IMG/VR virus record: IMGVR_UViG_2740892369_000021
DNA length: 6,219 nucleotides
Direction: 5' to 3' (one strand)
Source: a virus
Lineage: Duplodnaviria; Heunggongvirae; Uroviricota; Caudoviricetes
Part shown: in pieces, positions 1 through 5,202 of the stretch
Position numbering within the stretch: the stretch's first letter is position 1
Layout of the letters: the number at the start of each line of letters is the position of its first letter
The notes under the pieces: generated by a model
What the model was told of the DNA's origin: nothing
The model's input: the letters and a program-made list of their open reading frames with translations, nothing else
Databases searched by the model: none
Translations under genes and position numbers: made by a program

Positions 1-295
1 AAATAGCCCAGCTATTGCCGCCCTGCAATCCCGCATTACGCGTGGCAGACTCTGCATGTTCCATTACCTGCTCGGTATCCTGACCACTACGCCAGGCGCA
101 GATACCAATGTGGATCATATCGTCGCGATCGAGCATTTTATTGTTCGGCAAGGTATCGACGGCTTTGATTAACTGACCGGCGATGCTCTCTGCCTCTTTT
201 AACGTCCGGTGCGCGGGAATTTTTTCTCTGCGTGAGAGGGGGGGCGGTGTCCGGAGCGATCGTTTTTTTCGCCGGATGATCCCCCCCGGGGCGGG
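1..295 (-). CDS. Partial ORF running off the window start; distal part of a degenerate GGDEF-like domain; start not identifiable; may be host gene fragment
   Basis: Minus-strand frame is open from 295 to 1 with no stop. Translation ...IPAHRTLKEAESIAGQLIKAVDTLPNNKMLDRDDMIHIGICAWRSGQDTEQVMEHAESATRNAGLQGGNSWAI resembles the last third of a GGDEF domain (IGI.. block, then AE.A....GGN where canonical domains have AD.ALY.AK..GRN). No ATG with a Shine-Dalgarno in the window; the bounding in-frame stop at 296-298 is the HNH stop. Plus-strand frame 2 is also open over 2..170, so the strand call is tentative. Confidence 0.3.
238..287. repeat. Homopolymer-rich imperfect inverted repeat: G7 (238-244), T7 (263-269), C7 (281-287), with inner arms TCCGG (250-254) / CCGGA (272-276)
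   Basis: Read directly from sequence. G7 and C7 can pair around the central T7. Lies immediately 3' of the HNH stop. Confidence 0.8.
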
Positions 296-661
296 TCACA
301 GTCCGATGATATCGTCTGCCCTGCCATGACCTCCGGACACCTCCGGCAGCGTCGGGTCCGGCATACCACCCGCCGCTTCACGAGCAGACTTTTGTCGATG
401 GCATTCGGTGCAGAGCGTCCAGAGATTCGTCTCCTCATTACCACCACCGAACTGAAGTGCAATGCGGTGATCGAGTTCACTGTCACAGAGGTCAACCACA
501 CGACCACAGAGACAGCACTGCCCGGCATCCCTCAGCCAGATATGACGCTTGAGGGAAACCCGGGCACTGCCACTGACACGACGCTGTTCCCCCTTCAGAA
601 TATTCACCCGTCGGGTATTCAGTGTTTTGATTCTGCTCTGGAGTGTACGAAGCTCAGCCAT
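296..661 (-). CDS. HNH endonuclease (phage packaging-associated type)
   Basis: 121-aa ORF with HNH signature CCLCGRVVDLCDSELDHRIALQFGGGNEETNLWTLCTECHRQK (Cys pair, DH, N, CxxCH). SD-like GGGGA 8 nt upstream of ATG at 661. Confidence 0.85.
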   Translation of the reverse strand: MAELRTLQSRIKTLNTRRVNILKGEQRRVSGSARVSLKRHIWLRDAGQCCLCGRVVDLCDSELDHRIALQFGGGNEETNLWTLCTECHRQKSAREAAGGMPDPTLPEVSGGHGRADDIIGL

Positions 662-702
662 GTAAAATCCCCGTCATATAACTTGTCACCAGAGGAAAGA
701 AA

Positions 703-903
703 ATGTCATCGAAAAACCGGACCCGCAGAACCACAACCCGCAATATCCGTTTCCCCAATCACATAATTGAACAAATCAACATAGCCCTTGAGCATAAAGG
801 GTCCGGTAACTTTTCAGCGTGGGTTATTGAAGCCTGCAGGAGAAGGCTGGCAACAGATGCAACGCATCTGCGCCCGGCCAGCATGACAAATAACGAGAAA
901 TGA
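703..903 (+). CDS. Small basic ribbon-helix-helix-like DNA-binding protein (66 aa); possibly the small prophage protein family found beside terminase genes
   Basis: Strong RBS GAGGAA 6-7 nt before ATG 703. Basic N-tail (SKNRTRRTTTR), predicted beta strand RNIRFP, helix, GSGN turn, helix FSAWVIEACRRRL matching the RHH helix-B pattern (S..I..A). Only convincing plus-strand gene in the window. The family assignment is from memory only. Confidence 0.55.
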   Translation: MSSKNRTRRTTTRNIRFPNHIIEQINIALEHKGSGNFSAWVIEACRRRLATDATHLRPASMTNNEK

Positions 904-1034
904 ACGTTCGGTTACAGGAGCAGGTACCCACTGTCCTCCAACAATATTTCATCTTCATATCCGACGGAACAAGACTTACCCTGCCGGGATGTACAGAATA
1001 ACAACAGAGTGATAATTAATTTCTGATGAAATAA

Positions 1035-1361
1035 TCAGGGTGCAGAAGGACTAAAGATAAACGTTTTCTTCACGCCTTTACACGGCCTGTCCTTCTCAAA
1101 TCGCCATTTTGCCATCGCCTTTACAACCTGCTCATCAAACAAATGGTGCGGCTCTGAACGGATAAACTCAATTCGGGTGACAGTACCATCAGCACCAATA
1201 TCAAACTTCACATCAACCCGTCCCTTTATATAATTTGCCGCTGCATAGGCCGGATATTGTGGTAATGCCTTAACCAACTGTCGGGGCATATCTGTTTTAT
1301 GTTGCGTACAGCCCATAACCAGAGAAGACAACAAAATAATTAACGGAAGATTTCTTTTCAT
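1035..1361 (-). CDS. Lipoprotein consisting of a TonB C-terminal domain (TonB_C-like), likely phage moron
   Basis: Signal peptide with lipobox MKRNLPLIILLSSLVMGC, then PQYPAYAAANYIKGRVDVKFDIGADGTVTRIEFIRSEPHHLFDEQVVKAMAKWRF, which aligns with E. coli TonB C-terminus [55 protein letters not shown]. Start chosen at ATG 1361 (SD-like GGGAA upstream); the ORF track begins at GTG 1376 and an alternative ATG is at 1367. Confidence 0.7.
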   Translation of the reverse strand: MKRNLPLIILLSSLVMGCTQHKTDMPRQLVKALPQYPAYAAANYIKGRVDVKFDIGADGTVTRIEFIRSEPHHLFDEQVVKAMAKWRFEKDRPCKGVKKTFIFSPSAP

Positions 1362-1381
1362 TTTCATTCCCGGCACAGATA

Positions 1382-1398
1382 AGAATAAGTCTTATTCT
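1382..1398. promoter_or_regulatory. 17-bp palindrome AGAATAAGTCTTATTCT (8-bp arms), operator-like, 20-37 bp upstream of the lipoprotein start; Fur-box-like
   Basis: Perfect inverted repeat read from sequence. Overlaps a candidate minus-strand -10 (TAGAAT, plus 1394-1399) with TTGATG -35 (plus 1419-1424, 19-bp spacer). Plus 1378-1396 GATAAGAATAAGTCTTATT matches the 19-bp Fur consensus GATAATGATAATCATTATC at 13/19. Confidence 0.4.
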
Positions 1399-1665
1399 AA
1401 CAATGCCACCCTGTCGGTCATCAATCCTCTGCTTAATGGCAACGACAATTATCCGACTTAAATCACAAATCAGACACATGACATCACAGAGCTTGCGAGG
1501 TAACACATCGTCCGGTTTCTTCCACCATCGCACCGGACCAGCGACCATGAGGGACAACGCCGCGCTCCGTTAACGCGGTAAACCCCGGTGTGTATCGTTT
1601 TTGATTATCCCGCACACTCTCGTAGAGGAGTCTCCCTGTCGGGCTGCGGTCTCTGTTAATGCGGG

Positions 1666-1698
1666 GATACGGCGACGATACGGCGACGATACGGCGCA
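1666..1698. repeat. Tandem 11-bp direct repeat, about 3 copies (GATACGGCGAC x2, GATACGGCGCA)
   Basis: Read directly. Starts 8 bp 3' of the Rha-family gene stop, inside a 330-bp non-coding gap. The 11-bp period equals one helical turn. Confidence 0.75.
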
Positions 1699-1706
1699 TG
1701 GCTATG

Positions 1707-2258
1707 TCAGGCTGAAATGCCTTTATCAAATCCGGGTAACGCAATCTGCCCCTGCTGCTCCAGCCTGTCCAGCCTTGCCAGCAACTGAGGCTTCTTCACC
1801 CTGCCCCAGCGATTGAGCAAACGACCTGACATACTGGCGACATCTTTCTCTTTCATGTACTCCAGCATTACAGCGTTGCGCTCCGCCTCCAGATTCGCCA
1901 GACCTTGCTGAATAAGCTCAGCCATCCAGTTGAAAGCCTGAATGTACGCTTCCTTAAAGGTCATAGCAGCTTTCCCCGTAAAACCAAATACCAACATCGT
2001 CCAACCGTCTTTTGTCATTCGATATATGGGCTGGGGTTTACCGTTCTGTAACTCATTGTTTTCATAGCAAAGCGCAAAATTGCGCTCTGCAAATTCTTTT
2101 GAGCATTGTTGAACAACGGCTCTTGTTTTCCGCAATACATCTTTGTGTTCTTTGCCAAATGCTACGGCAACCTTTCGGGTATCCGTCACCGGCTCGTTGC
2201 CTGTCACAAAAACAAGATCGCGGAAATCAATACCGTTAACAATCGTCGGATAGTTCAT
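1707..2258 (-). CDS. Rha-family phage regulatory protein
   Basis: N-terminal block VTDTRKVAVAFGKEHKDVLRK and KPQPIYRMTKDGWTMLVFGFTGKAAMTFKEAYIQAFNWM fit the Phage_pRha signature (T.SR.VA..FGK.H.nVLR ... mt.dGf..Lvmgf.g..a..fkeayi..Fn.m). SD-like AAAGG 9 nt before ATG 2258. Confidence 0.75.
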   Translation of the reverse strand: MNYPTIVNGIDFRDLVFVTGNEPVTDTRKVAVAFGKEHKDVLRKTRAVVQQCSKEFAERNFALCYENNELQNGKPQPIYRMTKDGWTMLVFGFTGKAAMTFKEAYIQAFNWMAELIQQGLANLEAERNAVMLEYMKEKDVASMSGRLLNRWGRVKKPQLLARLDRLEQQGQIALPGFDKGISA

Positions 2259-2267
2259 AGCGTCTTA

Positions 2268-2359
2268 CCTTTCAGAAAATTGAGCCTGTCTCACAGAAAA
2301 GCCGCCCCGAGATGGTCGCCACCATATACGACAGTTCTCAGGCTCAACTTTCTGAAAGG
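2268..2359. promoter_or_regulatory. Long inverted repeat: 21-bp arms (2268-2288 and 2339-2359, 20/21 complementary) around a 50-bp spacer; 3' arm of the minus-strand RNA contains the Rha gene Shine-Dalgarno
   Basis: Arm 1 CCTTTCAGAAAATTGAGCCTG; reverse complement of arm 2 is CCTTTCAGAAAGTTGAGCCTG. On the minus transcript the stem ends 9 nt before the Rha ATG and includes GAAAGG. Confidence 0.6.
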
Positions 2360-2369
2360 CTCGGGGATG

Positions 2370-2391
2370 TGATATGCGCGTGAGATGCGCG
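2370..2391. repeat. Tandem 11-bp direct repeat x2 (TGATATGCGCG / TGAGATGCGCG)
   Basis: Read directly; sits between the Rz terminator and the Rha-gene inverted repeat. Confidence 0.6.
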
Positions 2392-2407
2392 ATGAAATTC
2401 AGATATG

Positions 2408-2430
2408 AAAAAGCCAGCGATTAAGCTGGC
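2408..2430 (-). terminator. Intrinsic terminator 4 nt after Rz stop
   Basis: Minus strand: GCCAGC-ttaatc-GCTGGC (perfect 6-bp stem) followed by TTTTTCAT. Confidence 0.55.
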
Positions 2431-2434
2431 TCTG

Positions 2435-2893
2435 TTAATTCAGGCACTGAGTGCGGATATATTCCTGCGCCCCTTCCAGTTGCTTCTGCATTGTCATCAA
2501 CCGCTCTCTGAGGGTGAAATAATCCCGTTCAGCGGTGTCTGCCAGTCGGGGGCCGGTTGCATTATCCATTCCGGAGGTGCCGGTGGCTTCACGCACGGTA
2601 CCGGAGCAGGTGGCGTTGATCCGCAGGCGCTTACGACCAGCGGCAACATCAGCACGCAGAGTTTCATTTTCAGCTCTCGCATCGGCTAATTCCCTTGAGT
2701 ATCTGGCATCAAGCGCAGCAACATCACGCTGGCGCTGCTGCATGTCAGTAATGGTTGCGTTTGCCAGCTCCAGCTCTCTGGCTTTTTTATCGCGCTGCGC
2801 TTTGTAGGTGATGGCGTTATCACGGTAATGGTCTGTTGCCAGCCACAGCGCACTACAGACCACCAGCAGAATAACGGTAAACGCGGAAAGCAT
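2435..2893 (-). CDS. Rz: Rz i-spanin (inner-membrane spanin subunit), 152 aa
   Basis: MLSAFTVILLVVCSALWLATDHYRDNAITYKAQRDKKARELELANATITDMQQRQRDVAALDARYSRELADA...DTAERDYFTLRERLMTMQKQLEGAQEYIRTQCLN closely parallels lambda Rz (AVNHYRDNAITYKAQRD..., PRLADTAERDYFTLRERLITMQKQLEG). Start placed at ATG 2893, not the ORF-track start at 3001. Confidence 0.9.
   Translation of the reverse strand: MLSAFTVILLVVCSALWLATDHYRDNAITYKAQRDKKARELELANATITDMQQRQRDVAALDARYSRELADARAENETLRADVAAGRKRLRINATCSGTVREATGTSGMDNATGPRLADTAERDYFTLRERLMTMQKQLEGAQEYIRTQCLN
2497..2682 (-). CDS. Rz1: Rz1 o-spanin (outer-membrane lipoprotein), embedded in Rz in another frame
   Basis: MRELKMKLCVLMLPLVVSACGSTPPAPVPCVKPPAPPEWIMQPAPDWQTPLNGIISPSESG parallels lambda Rz1 (lipobox, Pro-rich, ...CVKPPPPPAWIMQPPPDWQTPLNGIISPSERG). 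Confidence 0.85.
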   Translation of the reverse strand: MRELKMKLCVLMLPLVVSACGSTPPAPVPCVKPPAPPEWIMQPAPDWQTPLNGIISPSESG

Positions 2894-2904
2894 TCGGTTT
2901 ATGC

Positions 2905-3036
2905 TCACCCCACCAGCCCTGCCGAAGTCAACGCCATCCAGGTTATGGAAAGAAAAAGAGCAACCAGCATTAGTGAAAATGAAATACCGACGATTACACA
3001 AAGGCCCTTCGCCAGCATTATGAGTTTGTCTGACAT
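2905..3036 (-). CDS. Small hydrophobic ORF, 43 aa (MSDKLIMLAKGLCVIVGISFSLMLVALFLSITWMALTSAGLVG), predicted membrane peptide
   Basis: Below the ORF-track size cutoff; found by hand translation. Strong SD AAGAGG 5 nt before ATG 3036. Start lies 2 nt after the stop of the preceding mini-ORF; stop lies 11 nt before the Rz ATG. Confidence 0.35.
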   Translation of the reverse strand: MSDKLIMLAKGLCVIVGISFSLMLVALFLSITWMALTSAGLVG

Positions 3037-3038
3037 CT

Positions 3039-3128
3039 TTACCTCTTAATAGCAGTAATTAACCGGGCAACCACCCATAAAAACGGAATCAGCCAGACCA
3101 GCAAAAATTTCCAGTCCATTTTTATCAT
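3039..3128 (-). CDS. Small hydrophobic ORF, 26-29 aa (MIKMDWKFLLVWLIPFLWVVARLITAIKR), predicted single-TM peptide
   Basis: In-frame ATGs at 3128 and 3119 (M-I-K-M). ATG 3128 is 2 nt after the antirepressor TGA stop, so translational coupling is possible. No good SD of its own. Confidence 0.3.
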   Translation of the reverse strand: MIKMDWKFLLVWLIPFLWVVARLITAIKR

Positions 3129-3130
3129 CT

Positions 3131-3826
3131 TCATGCTGCGGTAGCTCTCCATGCAGCAAGCAGACCAGCAATCCACTGAACACCTTTTGGGGTGAATTTA
3201 ACCTGCGTAAAAGCATGACCATTGCCCGCCTCGCCCGTTTTCACGCTAAACCGCCCCGCATCCAGGTGATGCGAGTAAGGCGTCATTTTTCCAGCGAGGC
3301 GATACATTATTCCGTTCTCCAACAAAAACAGCCGGAAATCGGTTTCTTTGATACCGAGTAACTTAGCAACTTCCCGGAATCCCATCAGACCAGATGCTTC
3401 AACATAGTTATCAACAAATTCAGCCTTCGGCGCTGCTATTGCCAGTTGATTTTCCAGCACTGCTTTCTGTTCAGCCAGTTTTGCCGCAAATCGCAACGCC
3501 TCAGGTAAAGTCCGGGGGATCTGAATACCATGCATCGCTTTGAGTCTTGCCAGCACAGAACGACGAACGGCCTTTGACTCCCTCATGCCAACGAGCATCA
3601 TCTGGTCAAAATCCAGATCATAGTATGCCGTTCTTGTCTGGTTATTGTTTAACCGGAATTTTTTTCCGGTTCCATCAAGCTCTAGCTCATCCTCAATTTT
3701 TGCAAGAAACTTACGCGGTTCATGAGGGACTTCTCCGGCTTCTGCCCGGGCTGGATTAATAATGTTATTCAGAAAATCCAGACTACTCATGGATATTTCA
3801 TGATCGACAGAAATCATCTCTTTCAT
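3131..3826 (-). CDS. Phage antirepressor, KilA-C/ANT-domain protein, inserted between R and Rz
   Basis: C-terminal block FREVAKLLGIKETDFRLFLLENGIMYRLAGKMTPYSHHLDAGRFSVKTGEAGNGHAFTQVKFTPKGVQWIAGLL fits the ANT/KilA-C antirepressor pattern. SD AAGGA 7 nt before ATG 3826. Confidence 0.7.
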   Translation of the reverse strand: MKEMISVDHEISMSSLDFLNNIINPARAEAGEVPHEPRKFLAKIEDELELDGTGKKFRLNNNQTRTAYYDLDFDQMMLVGMRESKAVRRSVLARLKAMHGIQIPRTLPEALRFAAKLAEQKAVLENQLAIAAPKAEFVDNYVEASGLMGFREVAKLLGIKETDFRLFLLENGIMYRLAGKMTPYSHHLDAGRFSVKTGEAGNGHAFTQVKFTPKGVQWIAGLLAAWRATAA

Positions 3827-3960
3827 GGTTGATTCCTTTTAGTGATGAACCCTGCGCACAGGAATAACCAGCCCAAAGAGGGTTAACCAGACCACTGCCG
3901 GTTATCCACCAGGGCTCATCCTGAAAGGTTCTTTGGTTTATTTACGCTTGTGCGAAGCGC

Positions 3961-3989
3961 AGAAATGACAAAGGCACCATTACGGTGCC
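3961..3989 (-). terminator. Intrinsic terminator between R and the antirepressor gene
   Basis: Minus strand: GGCACC-gtaat-GGTGCC (perfect 6-bp stem, extendable) followed by TTTGTCATTTCT. Confidence 0.5.
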
Positions 3990-4099
3990 TCTGCGTGAAA
4001 TAATCTGCCTAACTTTATTCACTTACATTTTGCCAGTTCGCAGGATTTCGTGTTATCCGCCCGCGCTGGCCAACGTCATTTTTCAGCAAAATATTCTGC

Positions 4100-4633
4100 T
4101 TATCTGTCGATTCCCCAGCACGCCAGCGCGCTCTCCTGGTCACGACGGGATACCTGACCATAACAGTTATTTGAGCGAATACGGCAGTCTCTGCCACCGT
4201 CCTTAATCCACCAGCGAATCGCTTCGCAGGCACCTTTTCGATCTCCTGCATTAATTCGTTTATAAAACGTCGACGGGAAACACTTACCTGGGCCAATGTT
4301 GTAAGGACAGAATGACGCAATACCCGCTTTCTGGGGTTCAGTCAGTGGCACTTTGATGTTTTTCTCCACCCATGCCAGCGCCTTATCACGCTCAATGGCG
4401 TTAACCTGGTCGCATTTCCCCTTCGACAGCTTCATGCCAGGAATAACAGGCTTACCATCCACCCGGGTGGCTCCACGGCAGATGGTCCAGATACCCGCAC
4501 CATCACGGTATGCCGTGGTGTGGTTGCCTTCCTTTTCATCCAGAAACTGGTCGAGGATTTCAGGCGCAGAAGCACCTGCGGCAATCAGCGCCAGAACGGC
4601 AGCCGATAAACCATAGCGGAGTTTCCTGCTCAT
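4100..4633 (-). CDS. R: SAR endolysin (T4-type lysozyme, GH24) with N-terminal signal-anchor-release domain
   Basis: N-terminal weakly hydrophobic Ala/Gly-rich segment YGLSAAVLALIAAGASA; catalytic triad spacing E-x8-D-x5-T in EKEGNHTTAYRDGAGIWT; overall likeness to phage 21 R. Starts 4 nt after the S stop. Confidence 0.9.
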   Translation of the reverse strand: MSRKLRYGLSAAVLALIAAGASAPEILDQFLDEKEGNHTTAYRDGAGIWTICRGATRVDGKPVIPGMKLSKGKCDQVNAIERDKALAWVEKNIKVPLTEPQKAGIASFCPYNIGPGKCFPSTFYKRINAGDRKGACEAIRWWIKDGGRDCRIRSNNCYGQVSRRDQESALACWGIDR

Positions 4634-4637
4634 CAGC

Positions 4638-4853
4638 TTACTCTCCCCGTGCCGCCTTACGCCTGTCCTCTCTGATTTTGAAATACAGGTTCGTCAGGTA
4701 CGTCAGCAGACCAAACAGCAGACTCCCCAGCACGCCTATTGCCGCCCACTGAGACGGGGAAACCCTGTCCAGCAACTGCAGGAACCAGTAGCCCGTTCCC
4801 ACCGCTGACGTGGTGTATGACACACCTGTTGTGATTTTTTCCATCTGGTTCAT
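4638..4853 (-). CDS. S: Class II holin / pinholin, S21 type, with dual-start motif (Met1 and Met4)
   Basis: [71 protein letters not shown] is near-identical in its C-terminal two-thirds to phage 21 S (…[51 protein letters not shown]). SD GGAGG 7 nt upstream. Confidence 0.9.
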   Translation of the reverse strand: MNQMEKITTGVSYTTSAVGTGYWFLQLLDRVSPSQWAAIGVLGSLLFGLLTYLTNLYFKIREDRRKAARGE

Positions 4854-4888
4854 ACCCCGCCTCCCGCAATCCGGAAGCTCACAACATG

Positions 4889-4918
4889 AAAAAGGCCAGC
4901 AGCTGTTTACTGATGGCC
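4889..4918 (-). terminator. Intrinsic terminator upstream of S
   Basis: Minus strand: GGCCATCAG-taaacag-CTGCTGGCC (9-bp stem, one mismatch) followed by TTTTTCATG. Confidence 0.55.
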
Positions 4919-4929
4919 CTGACTCCCCG

Positions 4930-5202
4930 TTACAGCATCATGACCGATTCGGGTTGAGGTTCAGTCGCATCGGCGACCGGTGATTCAGGCTGAACTTCAC
5001 CGCTCTCTGCGGTGGTATCTCCCGCTTCAGTCGGTGGCTCTGCCTGTACACCAAGCAGCTCATCCAGAATGGCATCAACCTCTGCATCAAGACGCGCCTC
5101 AAGATTCTGGCGGAGTTTTTGTTTCAGTGCGCTCAGGACTTCTTCAGAGCGCAGGACTTCCTTCACTGCCTCTGCAGTGACCAGGGATGTAATTTCTGAC
5201 AT
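4930..5202 (-). CDS. Hypothetical acidic protein, 90 aa (amphipathic helical N-half, Pro/Glu-rich C-tail)
   Basis: ATG at 5202 preferred over the ORF-track GTG at 5376 because a separate 59-aa ORF in another frame occupies 5243..5422. Sequence [51 protein letters not shown]... Weak SD. Confidence 0.45.
   Translation of the reverse strand: MSEITSLVTAEAVKEVLRSEEVLSALKQKLRQNLEARLDAEVDAILDELLGVQAEPPTEAGDTTAESGEVQPESPVADATEPQPESVMML

Noticed and set aside
238-254. Treating GGGGGGGCGGTGTCC as a confirmed lambda-type cos site
   Set aside because: The resemblance to GGGCGGCGACCT is partial and its orientation relative to the neighbouring genes does not match lambda; kept as a hypothesis only.
199-528. 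109-aa minus-strand ORF
   Set aside because: Overlaps the HNH gene in another frame, is Arg/Cys-rich and low-complexity, and ends inside the homopolymer region.
326-766. 146-aa plus-strand ORF from the six-frame track
   Set aside because: Runs antisense across the HNH endonuclease gene, has no recognisable motif and no RBS; typical shadow ORF.
1666-1698. Tandem repeats as a possible CRISPR array
   Set aside because: Units are 11 bp and directly adjacent with no spacers; not CRISPR-like.
1297-1816. ORFs 1297..1557(-), 1484..1744(-) and 1601..1816(+) in the Rha-lipoprotein gap
   Set aside because: They overlap real genes out of frame, lack Shine-Dalgarno sequences, and one merely translates the 11-bp tandem repeat; the region is better read as regulatory DNA.
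2894-3001. N-terminal extension of Rz starting at the ORF-track ATG 3001
   Set aside because: The extension has no similarity to Rz and overlaps the 43-aa mini-ORF; ATG 2893 gives the canonical Rz N-terminus and length.
2012-3049. Plus-strand ORFs 2012..2239, 2106..2372, 2405..2689, 2535..2807, 2828..3049
   Set aside because: All are antisense shadows of the Rha gene, Rz/Rz1 or the mini-ORF region; no motifs or RBS.
3547-4869. ORFs 3547..3759(+), 3985..4206(+), 4015..4320(-), 4353..4616(+), 4510..4752(+), 4657..4869(-)
   Set aside because: Overlap the antirepressor, endolysin or holin genes in alternative frames or antisense; the recognisable proteins fully explain this DNA.
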